DNA of 64,000 nucleotides. Origin: Takakia lepidozioides. Lineage: Eukaryota; Plantae; Bryophyta. A program made the position numbers and the translations under genes. Below, in pieces: positions 11,855-24,662 of the stretch. How positions within the stretch are numbered: position 1 is the stretch's first letter; every line of letters begins with the position of its first letter. The stretch spans positions 92,008,001 to 92,072,000 of the forward strand of contig CM060731.1 of assembly GCA_030704615.1 (NCBI GenBank), in the 5' to 3' direction. The notes under the pieces are model-generated. The model was given only the letters and a program-made list of their open reading frames with translations, was not told where the DNA came from and did not search any database.

Positions 11855-14800
11855 GCGGATCCCAAAAACTGCCCTCCAAATTGGACTAGAGCTAATTCAT
11901 ATCTAGGAAGAATATAGACTAAGATCTATCTATATATCTACTACTGTTTTTCGATTTCTCTCATTCCCTTTCCTTACCACATAATACGATTTTAACTACA
12001 CGCGACGAGGTCCCATGAGACATAATCCCTCAAAAAGCTAAATTACAATGCCATACATACAAGGGCTCTCAGAATTCTAGAACTTTGCAAAGCTTTAAGT
12101 ACTAACCCTAAGCTCCCAAGAGAAAGGTTTCTTCAGCACAGCCTCCACTAACTGTACATTCAGTATAAGCAAGCTCTCCACAGCAATCTTTCTTGGAGGG
12201 AGATTCCTGCCAGATCAAGACAATGTTAGAGTATTATGGAGTCAACCGTCTCTTTAAGCTTTGAGTGCTATAGCCGTCTGCCCAGAGTTTGGAGAGCTCT
12301 GACCATGGGGAGGGGCACAGGCCGAGTCCGAATATGGCTGCTACCATCACGAAGTCTCCAGATGTGGCAGTATCTTTGAATGAAGCTGAATGTGGGATTC
12401 GAGATAGAAAGCAGAGAGAGAGGCAAATCATTCCATCTTTCTGGCGCATCATCTACAGGGAAATAAGTGGGGCGTATGTGGAGAAAGGTGGGGGGGCAGG
12501 ACAAGTGGGTCTTCAAGAAGACTGTCTGCAGCGACCACACTCTTCCTACTCACCCATAGCGAGCCCACGAGATCTACAAATATACTTACTGACCACGCTT
12601 CAAAATTGCCAAAGCGTCCTAGCCTCTATTCCCGACAAATGATCCTGTGAGAACAAGGGGGTCCTATCGTGATCAGAAAATGGTTGGCATTGTTTTGCAG
12701 GGGGTGGCAGTTGCTACATCTTACTCTCTCATTGAACGCGAGGGAGGGCCAGACATTACAGTTCTCTGCCAACATCTGCAACACTGCTTTTCCATAAACA
12801 GCTTGCAGCAACTCATCAAGGGGGTAGGGAATCAATGCAAACATTAGACATGGACTTGAAATAGACGAAGCCAAAGGCTGTACTCGACTGCACTTATGAA
12901 GATATTGGGAGGAAGATCACGTGATACGCAGGTGGTAGAAGAGTAGTAAGTGCGGTGACAAATTGAAGCCACCGGAGGAAGGTTGGGAAAAACAAAGCGA
13001 GATCGCAGTCTGTGTACGGTACCACAACTGTGACTAAGAGACAGAGTGAATTAGGCAACAACACATTCATTCATACTGCCATGTGCTGAGAGACGAAGAA
13101 TCACATTTGGAGGCCATATAGAAAGCATACCATCGCTAGACTTGATGATGTTGGGGAGCACGCGGCCTGCTGCAGATATTGCAATCAGATCCAAGAGAGT
13201 GGAACGAGAAGCACAAGGCGACAGAAAGAACCTGAATTTATGCAGAGACAAAATATGAACTTTTTCAAATTGTTCACCTTGCAGTTACAGAGATAGAGAG
13301 AGATACAGAAAAGAAACGAGAAAGATAATCCGATCTGCAGCAATGCCTACACAGGAGGGCAAGCTGGAGCCAACCAAAGTCCTAAGCAATTACATCAAAT
13401 CATCGGCAGAGAAGATTGGTCCTCCAACAAAGGTTCGGTCTGAAACGAGAGAGGGCTATAAAGATAGAAAAGGGGGCCCTACTAGGAATTAGACGGCAAG
13501 CAGCTCTAGCAGAGACACGTTCTACATAGCTCTCTCCCACCCATCATCAAAAACCAGTTTCTCCCAAACTCTGAGGACGAAGGGTTTGCTAACTCCGCGC
13601 GTCGTACTGGGATTCACCCTTAAACCCGCGGACTGCATACCCCTATTATGACACGCCAAAGGAGGTCTATGTCAGATCCTTTTATTCTGGAATAAACCCT
13701 GTGTCAGATCGATTGGCTCGTTGTCAGCTCCTTCCATCATTCAGCATGCACCTACGGTCCATGCATTTGCATTCATGATGGACGAGTCAACTACAGATAT
13801 CAGCACACGCGGCTAGAGGGTCCTTGGACAGTGTTCACAGATGCCATGTTCTCATTGGTTTCGTGAAAACTAGGAAATTTAGCAATAGTTTATGTTACCA
13901 AAAGATTCTCATTGCTGATTCACCATCCCTCAGCACTACGCCAGTCCTCAACTCGTCAGCAAAGTTGATGTTTGTGCAAAGAAGAAGCTTTGGTGCCACT
14001 CTACTTAATTGGAGCGAACGCAGTGGGTTTGCAATGCCCAAACGGGAAGCAACTCTCGACAGGCATATGCCAAGGGATTGGAGGTTTGGAACAGCGTACC
14101 GTGCCTTCACCAACCCCACGCCATCACCACCTGGCTACCTTGCAATGGCGGCTGCAGCGCGCAAGGTGGCATCTACGCGACAGTGGGCCCCGACATGGCT
14201 GTTCCCTATCTCCCTGCCAAACTCGGATTCTTGCCAGCCGTGTGTTATACTCATCGCTCACTTTTATTTGGTTTTCCAGTAAGTCTCGTTTTTGTCGTGA
14301 ACAACCAAGTCCGTAATAAGCGACCAAGCGATTGGAGGGATCGTGTCAGGGTTGTATGCTCAGAAGGTCGGGCCCACATCGCATGCATTTCATACATGTA
14401 TAATTTCAGAAAACCGCGAACCTTCTATGGACCTCCCTCACTTCATGGGACTCGCTAATTTTGGTCCAAGACGAAGTCTTTGCGTGGTCTAGGCAAGTAT
14501 AATTTGGATGAAACCTTATGAGTGACGTCCGACTACGAATTTCCAAAACTGTCTCATGATGGTAGTTAGAGCAGTGAATCATTACTGCCAGGGGAGGCCA
14601 AGCGTGTCATGCTACAGAGTGGAATCGTGGATCCAGGGAGAAAGGGATATCGTACATAACAGGCGTACACAAAATGTTGGAAAGTAACCAAGGACAGGGA
14701 GTCAAAGGGGCTGGGGAAATTGTCCAGAAAGCGGCCAACTTCTCTTCTCGAAGGATGTTAGCAAATTACAATAGGGAATGGTAGGCGTTTCAATGCACGC

Positions 14801-17800
14801 CTGACTGTTCCTCTTTTACACGCAATGTTCATGATGATGATGAAGCGTTGCTTGAACATGAGAGGACTGTCTCGGCACTACAGCCACCATCGTACATATG
14901 CTTCCACTATTTTTGTCTTCTTGTTGTGCTTTCGGGAACCTTCGTTTTATGGTTTGGTTCTATGTCATAAATATGGAAAATGTGGACATCTGTCCTCGAT
15001 AACGTCCTCTGCTTGTGATCCGTCATGATACGTTTAGCCCCTTCGTACTGCATCCCTCGTGAGAGCCTTCACAAGTTTAGTTCGTTAAAGGAACCCATGG
15101 GTAACATGGGCGCGAAAACGGCGGAAGCGTATGCACATGGGGGCGTGTATTGCAGATTTCGTATCGGACGATGGGACTGTTTATGTGACCAAGTATAGCG
15201 GCTTGCATCCTTCGTGTATAAGTTGTGGAAAAGGGTGGAGAATCTGAAGAAACCCAGCTTTGTGATGGATTCACATGGTATTATATAAGGGATGGCAGCA
15301 CAAAAAAACAATTCGAGTCGCCACGGAACACCATCCAGTCCTAAGGTCCTCAAACATCCACACGCACCTGCTGAAATGCAGATGTCCAAGCCACGACGGG
15401 AATAGGTGCAGAATCGGTACATTGTCGCATTTGCCAGGAGACGGACCAGGCTGAGACAATTGCATCTGCAAATGCGCGTGGATGTTTGAGGTCCGTTGTG
15501 CTGCGAATCTGTTCACAGTGGGTCCACTGGCCCGTCAGTGCTCCGGATATTCCCCTTATCACGTGCATAACAGTCAGTTTGGAGGCGGTCTGCTGGAAGT
15601 CCGTCTGTTGGGATATCAGTCTGGCGCACTTGTGAATTTGTCAGTCTGTTGTGTCGGAAATCTGTTGTAGTAAGTCTATTCGACTTCTTATTTTCCCTCC
15701 GGTCAGTCTTTTGGCTTGTTCTCCCGCCAGTCTGACGAAACATCCATCTGCTGGACAGTTCTCCTCTATGGATATCAGTCTGTTGGACTGTGCATGCATC
15801 AGTCTGTTGTGCCGCGAGTCTGTTCGACTTTTCTGTTCTCCCCTTACTCTCTTTTGTCTTCATTCCGCCCGCTTCTTTGCAAACCAGTCTGCTGAACTGG
15901 AGGTGTGCTCGACAATCATTCCCCGATGGATATCAGTCTGTTCGTCTGGTATTTTGTCAGTCTGTTTTGCTGCCAGTCTCTTTGCAGTGTGTCCGCTGGC
16001 AGGGAAGTGCCTCCAATATGAAGCCGCTTCGCCTCAGCAAAGCGAACAGTCCGCTGGACTGGCGGTCCGCTGGACTCTCGGCCCGATGGGAAATGAGAAG
16101 GACAAACTCTTCTGTCTCTTCTGTGAAGAGTTTATCAAGGACAAAATCCAACTAAATCGGCATTGTGTTGACACAGGTTGCAAGGAGACTGTTGCAACGA
16201 TTCCATGGGATTTCAAGCCTTGGCCGATACTGAAAGAAATGTCGATTGTCAAAGAGGCCACAATGCGCATGCGCGGATCAGTGCTTGACCCCCGCACTTT
16301 GGAATTAGACAAAGTGCGCGCACGGTATGGCGTCCATTCTGGTGGCCCGTCAATGGAGGATTTGCAAGTGCAGGGAACGCCAGATGCTGCCAGAAAACGT
16401 AAACTGAGTGATGGGGCCCAAAAAAAGGAGAGGCAAAAAAAGGAGGAGGCTGCAAGGTCTGCTCGCAAAGCAAGGGCAAAATCCACGCAGCAGACTGAAC
16501 CCCGTCCTGGGCGGCAGACCCACACCATCAGTACTGATACTGAAAGTGAATCTGCTCAGGGCGGGCAAACCATTATCCGGAATCATGACTTCAAAGGCCT
16601 GGAAGGGGTGACAAGTCCAGTGGACATTGACTTGCCTGACCAGACTGGGCAGCAGACTCACACAAATATCACAACCCATGCCAGAGGTTTAGGGTCAAAA
16701 CCAGAAACTCAACAGAGCACTGAAGGGCCAGTCTGCCCTGGCACATTGCGCCTCGTTGACTTTGGGCTTTTCCCACCAGAGTGCCCACCAATTGGGGATC
16801 CAGAATTCTTCCGTTATTTCTACAGAGTTGCCCAGTCAGGTCTGCTACGCACATTCATCCGACAGGCAGAACAGAACTGGTTGAACAGCTTTGAAGATGA
16901 AAATGACGACGAAGAAGTAGAGGAGGTAATGGTCAGTCTGACCGCCCAGTCTGTTCTCTGTGTTGTTTGAGTCCATCATGGGGATCACGTTGCCTATTCT
17001 GTTTGGTCAGTCCGATGCGTTCTCTCCTCAGTCCGCTGGCTCAATCCGCTCGTTAGTTAGTCTGTTTTATATCGATGCATTACTTACTGAGTCCGTTTGT
17101 CAGTCCGCTGGTTACTGGTACAGTCTACTAGTTGGCTCCACCCTACGTACGCACGTTACGTCTGTCAGTCTGCTGGTCTGTGAGTCCAGTCCGCTGCATG
17201 AGGTGAATATAGACTCCACGTCCAAGTTCTCTGCCGTGTACCAGGATGAACATGTTTCTATTCGTAGGGCCATTCAGGCTTGGCGGATACATAGCAATGA
17301 TGCTCCTTTTTAAGTGACTGTGGTGCGTACGGAAGTGGACCGCGTGCGGGAGTACATATTATTGAAGTATCCTGGGTCATCTGCTGCTATAGTGACATTA
17401 CATATTCAAGACGCGTCGGGGGGGAATGCGTCTGGGACAGCCGAGTCTGCCATCCAACAGACTCCCATTCAGCAAGCCGTCATCCAGCAGACTCCCATTC
17501 AGCAGCCTGACATCCAGCAGACTCCAACGGAGCAGACTCCCAACGAGCAGCCTGTTATCCTGCAGACTCCTCTCCAGGAGCCCATCATGCAGCCCATGCC
17601 AATGGGAAGACCTGTCATCCAACAGACTGCGGACCAGCAGACTGACATCCAATAGACTGACAGCCAGCAAACTGAACAACAGACTGTCTTTCTCCCACAT
17701 AGCACGACGCTTTTTGCAGTTTGGCGATCGTCATCACCGGTAATTGGACCCGGAGCTGAAGACCTCACCGTCGGTGGTCATTTGTACCCTTTCATTATTC

Positions 17801-20284
17801 CATGGAATTTTCTATTGAGGCAGATAGATGCAATTTGGCAATTTCCGCTTGTACAACAAGTTGATGAAGGATCTGCATAGTTTGAGGCTCCATGGAACAG
17901 ACCATTCACAGAAGTTTGTGGTGGATGATGCATTGCAGTGGTTTGCATTGGTGATGGAGCGAGCAGTATTCGACATTGTTTTGCAGAATCTCAATGTCTT
18001 CAAAGTCCTGTGGTGTGGGACCCCAACTGAAGACCGCATCGGCGCCATTGCGCATCTCGATGGAGCATGCCTATGCCGGCAAATCAAGGACATTGGCCTC
18101 GTCGGAAATCTCTTGGAAGGTAAAATGTTCTGGGCAACTTTCGTGTTTCAGCTCCATTTCTTTTGCCAACTTTTTTAGAAGTTCACATTTGCAGAAACAT
18201 GTGTTGCAGGGCGAGTTGATCTGGGAGACAAGCAAGTGCAGGCTGCTTTCGACTCTTTTGCCAGAGGTGCAAGGGACCTTGTCCTGGCTTTACAAAGAGT
18301 TCGGGAGACTGTCCAGCAGACTAGCCACGAAAATGTCCAACAACATATTCCCCACGACACATGTGGGTAGACTGCCCAAGTGCTGGAGACCGAGCACGTG
18401 CACCAGACCGTCCCGGGTAATAGGCCGGACCACTCCCAGCAGACTGCTCAGTATGTGCAAACAGTACTGAGCGGGCAGCGAACTTTGCAGACATTGCAGC
18501 AGACCGGCCAACAGACTGCCCCTCAGCCGACTGTGCAGCAGACCAGCGAACATGGCCAGCAGACTGCCCCTCAGCAGACTGTGCAGCACATTGGCGAACC
18601 CACTCAGCAGATGGCCGAGCAGACTGTCCAAGAGACTAACAGCCAGTTTGTTCTCTGGATTGTGCAACAGACTCGGATGCACTGGCCTCACCGGGACCCT
18701 TTCTGCTGAGTTCCCAACAACATGTTTTTGGATCTGCCAGTATGAGTGTTTTGAGCAAGTCCACTTTTCCCCCAGACACATTCACTGACAACATCATCAA
18801 GTCACTGGTAAAGCATTCTTATCCAGCTCCCCGTGGCCTACCTTCTATGACCTTCCAGCTCAGTCCCGTTTTCGTGCGCTCAGTGGCGAAAGCCATAGAT
18901 GAGTCTTACGTGATGACCGAACTCAATCTGGGAACGCAAAATCGTATCATAGATCTTACAGAAGAGTCTGAGGAAGCAATTACCGGTGGGTCTTCCATAC
19001 ATGTTCTTGATGTTTCTCAAGTCCATGGAGATCCGAACACCCAGCTGGCTGTCCACCAGACTGACCAACACACTGAACAGTCGACACATGGAAGGACTGC
19101 CGAGCAACCTGTGGCGGGGCAGCAGACTGTCTTAATTGATGAGCAGACTGAACTGCGGACTAACCAGCAGACTGTACAGGTTACAGAGGGAAGGACTGAC
19201 CAAGATGGCCCGGAGCGGCAGACTGCATAGCTCAGCTCCGACTGCACGACCTGACCAGCACACTGCATACTTCACAGAAGGAAGGACTGACGACCAACCT
19301 GCCACCGAGCACACTGCCCACATTGAGGAAGAGCCTGAACCGCAGAGTTGCCAGCAGACTGCACAATTCACAGACGAAAGGACTGACGAAGAACATGCGG
19401 CGCAGACACCGTCTGCTATAGCGTTGGATTACATGGAGTCTGCTCCCTCACCCCTTAGGCAGGTTGTGCCATTTCCTCTTTCAGCACTGTTGTTTATGTT
19501 TTAGCACATTGTGAAATTGGGCTAATTCACCATTTTGCTCGGTATTCTCACAGGATGTTCGTCCCTCCGTCGGCAAACTGTCTACTTCTGAGGACATAAC
19601 ATCTTCCGCCCATGCTGCAAACGTGGGATCGACAACCAAGAAAGGTGTGGGGGTGAGCACGCCCCTCGATGCGCGGGTCAGTTCTACGCATGCGACCCAC
19701 GAAGCTGCAAAGACAGGTCCAGCAAGTGTGGACAAACCTGCTGACCAGCCTGTAGAGTGTTTGGTACCATGTTGACGTCAGTCTGTTCAGTACATGAGGC
19801 TTCCCGAAGGATGGTCTGCTCTGTGCAGGATGGGTGCTCGGTTTGGCAAAGCACATGCTCTGCACGTCAAGGCGGGTAATTCCATGCTGATGTTTTTTGA
19901 AGGGGACCCACAGTTTGAATGCGGACTGTCGCCGGATGACATAAAGGCCTGGGGGGTGCACTCTTTATAAAATGTCCGTATCACGTGCGTTCGCCGCCTA
20001 ATAAAAAAACCCCCTGTATACGGGTCCTTGGATCATTTATACCCCCTCTGTACATACATTTTGAAGATTATAAAACCCCCTCCTGTAAATATATAGAAAT
20101 TTTTAATTTTTAAAAAGTACAGCCTTGTGTATGTATATTTTCATTTTCAATAATTAAAAAATACCCTCAAATATGTATATGTATGTTTTTATATTATATC
20201 AAGTTTATTCATTTAAAAATAGAATAAAATCTAATAAATTAATTAGAAAAAATCTGTTTGCCCTCGATAAAACTTGCTGTGGAA

Positions 20285-20560
20285 TCTCACTTTGAACAAT
20301 AATCAGATGCAGAGAGGAAAGGGACATTGTCAATGCCCGATGTGCAAGAGGCCTGAAGAAAGTTTCCATTTTCTGATATACAGTCCATCAAAGAGTGACC
20401 CTCTTGAAGACCATGAAGACCTAGTCACTGCACCTCTGTTCATCAACTAGGACAGTTTCTGAATTTGTTCTACAGTTTCAACCTTCGCAATGTCCAATTA
20501 TGTTCAAAACCTATTGTTGAGAATTCCTCTCCAAAAAGAGATTTCGTGCGCCTTTGCTGC
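20285..20560 (+). mobile_element. LINE 3'-region fragment (same family as 61372-63665)
   Basis: CTTTGAACAA...CAGAGAGGAAAGGGA...TGCCCG...CCTGAAGA...CATTTTCTGATA aligns by eye with 63230-63420. Confidence 0.75.
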
Positions 20561-20632
20561 CACTGTTGGAGTCCAACCTGACTCGCAGCTGACAGAGTTC
20601 AATACATTCAATTAGGTGACAAGCATTTCATT

Positions 20633-23600
20633 TCACCAATACTCCCCACAAGAACAAACACCATTTTGGAAGTGGTGAAAGCGGTTTGCATCCCGTACAA
20701 CAATCTCTTGCTTAGGTATCTTTGAGATGAATTTGGTGGCTGTGTGGCAATCACCACACATCCGAAGATTCCTGATGATCCCCAAAGACATCCCAGAGGG
20801 TGTGTTGATAAGCCCAAAAACATGGCCAGCTTCTCATTGTGGTGGCAAAGAGACGATTCTTTAAGCTCTTCCTCAACATCATGCAATGCAAAGCGGGCTT
20901 CACCCCTTCGCACATCATTTGCTCATAGGTCTCCAAAGCCTCCATCCCGCGCCCTTGCTGTGCATATCCTGCAATCATCGCACTCCACGATAGCGCATCT
21001 TGTTCAGCCATACCGTTGAACACTCCCTTCATACATGTCCACGAGGGTATTATTCAGAGTGACATTTGATACAATTGCAAATCTGACAATGTCGCCATGG
21101 TCCTCTTTGCCCTTTTCCAGAGCTGACAGGCTTGCACACACATTGCAAATGTACACAAACGTGATGTGGTCGGGCTTCACCCCTTCCCCCATCATTTGAT
21201 CATAGGTCTCCAAAGCCTCCATACCACGTCCATGCTGTGCATACCCTGCAAGCACCGCACTCCACGACACCACACCTCGTTCAGCCATGGAAACTCCCTT
21301 CGCATCCTTAATGCACCCACATTTGGCATACATGTCCACCAGGGGAGTGTTCAAAATGACATCTGGTACAATTCCAGCTTTGACAATGTCACCATGGACC
21401 TCTTTCCCCTTTTCCAGATCTCGCAGGCTTGGACACGCATTGCATTCTGCCAACATTATATTCCACGTGATCAAAGATCGTTGAGGCATTCTGTTGAACA
21501 CTTGGTGAGCATCAATGATGCTCCCGCACATAACATACATGTTGACAAGGGTGTTGAGTAGAAAAACATTGTGGACTCCCTCTCTTGATCCTCTTTCAGA
21601 AGCTGTGGTCATGGTTGAGGTGCCTGATTTTATCAACTGTGCCGCTGCAGTTGCTGCCTTTAGTTTACCATCTACCCATGCAGGTTTCTTGTAGCTACTG
21701 ACCCCCACATGGAATCAAGGTAATCTGGAGCTTGAAGTCCAGCCCTCTTGGATGAATCTGGACCCACACTCTATCCATGCTCATTCAGGAAAAAACAGGG
21801 AAAAACTTTGATAACAGGGAAAAACAAGCTGAAATGTGTTGAAGAATGTACCTTCATTAGCAGCGCCTTGTTCTATCAAATGCACTGCTGCCGCTGCTGT
21901 TTCCAGTTGACCATCTACCCACGCAGCTTTCTTGTAGCTATTGATCCGCAGGGAATCAGAAGTAATCTTGTGTTTAAAATTGACCTCTTGGATGAATCGT
22001 GTTCCTCGACACCACCTCGTTCAGCCATAGTGTTGAACAATCCCTCCGCATCCTCAATGCTCCCACAATGGCATACATGTCCACAAGGGTATGGTTCATA
22101 ATCACATCCGGTACAATTCCAGCTTTGGTGATGCAACCATGCACCTCTTTGCCCTTTTCCATGGCTGCAGGCTTGCACACGCACTGCAAAGCACACAAAC
22201 ATGATGTGGTCGAGCTTCACCCCTTCCCCCATCATCTGCTTTCAGGTCTCCAAAGCCCCATCTCGCGCTCCTGCTCTGCACACCCTGCAAGCATCGCATT
22301 CCACGACACCATGTCTCATTCAGCCATAGTGTTGAATACTCCCTTGACATCCTCAATGCTCACAAATTTGGCATACATGGCCACCAGAGCAATGTTCAGG
22401 ATGTCATCTGGTACAATTACAGATTTGATGATGTCACCAGGGATCTCTTTGCCCTGCCCTTTTCCAGGGCTGCCAGACGCATTGCAAACGCACACAAATG
22501 TTATGTGGGCGGTTTCACCCCTTCCCCCATCATTTGCTCATAGGTCTCCAAAGCCTCCATCCCGCACCCCTGCTGTGCATACCCTGCAAACATCACAATC
22601 CACGACATCGCATCTCGTTCAGCCATAGTGTTCAGAATGACAGGTAATCTGACAGGCATTCACCTTTTTGTATTCACCTTTTTGCCTCGGTTGTCCCACC
22701 ATTGACTGGGGTCAGAAAAGTATTCATTCCACAGCTTCTCCTCATCTCTGTTACCTCTTTTAGGATACTTTCATGTTGTCAGTTGGGAGTATCATGTCAA
22801 AGTCACTCCAAACTATCAAAGATTCACTCAACCAGCTAACTTGCAGAATTCAATATGGATATTTAGGGCCGATTCTGATAAGAGGGAAAAACAGGGTGAA
22901 ATGTGTTGAAGAAGGTGCTTTCATTAGCAACGCTTGATTTTATCAATTGTGCCGCCGCTGCTACAGCTTCCACTTGACCATCTATCCATGCAGGTTTCTT
23001 GTAGATAATCATAGGTAATCTGGAAAATGGCTCCTGGCAAATCACCTTCATCTTCCCAGACAATCTTCTCAGCTCAGCATGGATTTCCTTAATTCTGGGA
23101 TGCAACTTGTCATCTACAACGAAGGTGTGCACCCTGTTGCAAACCTCAATGCAGCAGCGACTTGGCTCCTTTACAACCCCTCTGACCTTCATCATTCTTC
23201 TCACCTTTACAGTATCAACCCACCTGCCAGCTACAGCATAGATGTTTGATAGCAACATAAGTCGCGGCATCCTGTTCATTCCACTTGAGGATAGATGTTG
23301 CCGCACGTTCAGGTCCACTGCCTCATCCAGTTGTCCCGCATGTCCAAGAAGGTCCACCATGCAGCCAAAGTGCTATACTGTCGGAGTGACACCATGATCT
23401 TGAATCAGGGAATCGAAGTAGCGTCTTCCTTCATTCAGAAGGCCAGTGTGGCTGCATGCAGAGAGAACACAAACTGCTTCAAGCCGTTCTTTTGCAATAG
23501 TTGCAGGACCTCCCTATGACAACCATGCTGTGCATATCCTGCGATCATTGCATTCCACGACACCACATCTCATTCAGCAATATTGTCAAACACTCCCTTT

Positions 23601-24662
23601 GCATCCTCCATGCACCCACATTTGGCATACACGTCCACCAGGGCAGTGTTCAGGATCACATTTGGTACAATTCCAGCTCTGACGATGTCGACATGCACCT
23701 CTTCGCCCTTTTCCAGGGCTGCCAGGCTTGCACACGCACTGCAAACGCACACAAACGTGATGTGGTCGGGCTTCACCCCGTCACACATCATTTGCTCATA
23801 GGTCTCCAAAGCCTCCATCCCACGTCCCTGCTGTGCATACCCTGCAAGCACCGCACTCCACGACACCACACCTCGTTCAGCCATAGTGTTGAACACTCCC
23901 TTTGACTTTGTAAATGAAGATAGGTCCCTTTGATGGGGCATGGATTGAAGTGGTTTCGCAGTCCTACTTGTTGTTTCCTCCTCGCCATGTCCATCTTCTG
24001 CTTTGGGGCGGGGTCTAGGGCTGGCAAGGTTTTAGCAACCAGTGTCATGACTCTCTCTCTCCTCCTCTTTGTTCTGCCCAATCAGGGTGCAGGGTCTATG
24101 GCCACAAGGCTATCATGAGTACTTTCTCCCTCACACACACCTCTCCCCGTTCCGCCCAAACTGGGCACGGACTGGGTAAATGGCCACAATGCAATGGCAA
24201 ACGTCATATGAGTACATTTCGCTCTCTCTACTCTTGGCAATAGACTGAAATTGAAATGCAGGTCGGGGAGTGTACCTTTGAACAAACAAACAGATGCAGA
24301 GATGAGAGGTAGCCTGTCAATGCCCGACGTGCGGGAAGCTTGAAGACTAAACATTTTCTGATACATTTCCGGTGTACACTCCCATCTGAGAGCGACCCTC
24401 TTCACTTACATCAAGAACAGATCCTTGCACGGTTGTTCGCCAAGATGCACCCACATTTTGCAAACATGTCCACCAGGGTATTGTTCAGAATGACAGCTGG
24501 TACAATTCCAGCTCTGAAGATGTCGCCATGGACCTCTTTCCCCTTTTCCAGAGCTGCCAGGGCAGTGTTTAGAATGACATTTGGTACAATTCCAGCTTTG
24601 ACGATATCCCCATGCACCTCTTTGCCCTTCTCTAGGACTGCCAGGCTTGCACGATGCCACAT
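20633..24662 (-). pseudogene. Scrambled, frameshifted fragments of PLS-class PPR-E-DYW RNA editing factor gene(s)
   Basis: Repeated PLS triplets (VVSWSAVLAGYAQHGRGMEAL...GVKPDHITFV...LVDMYAKCG), E/PG-box region (LLSNIYAVAGRW...GVVKEPSRCCIEV, 23040-23360) and a DYW domain (HHNEKLA, frameshift, [11 protein letters not shown]...[20 protein letters not shown], 20633-20895). Confidence 0.92.
23905..24405 (+). mobile_element. Head-to-tail stack of short 5'-truncated LINE copies
   Basis: Three successive 3' ends of the type GGGTC(T/A)ATGGCCACAAGGCTA...ATGAGTAC+(TC)-rich tail, ending near 24062, 24140 and 24229, each followed directly by another fragment of the same LINE. Confidence 0.75.

Noticed and set aside
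15651-16085. N-terminal third of the 439-aa ORF as real protein
   Set aside because: It is the AGTCTG-motif-rich non-coding tract read through by chance; protein-like sequence begins at MGNEKDK (16086).
20633-20895. U-to-C (DYW:KP-type) editing domain
   Set aside because: The C-terminus is EYW and the upstream box is PG-like (KEPSRCCIEV), consistent with a decayed conventional C-to-U DYW domain.
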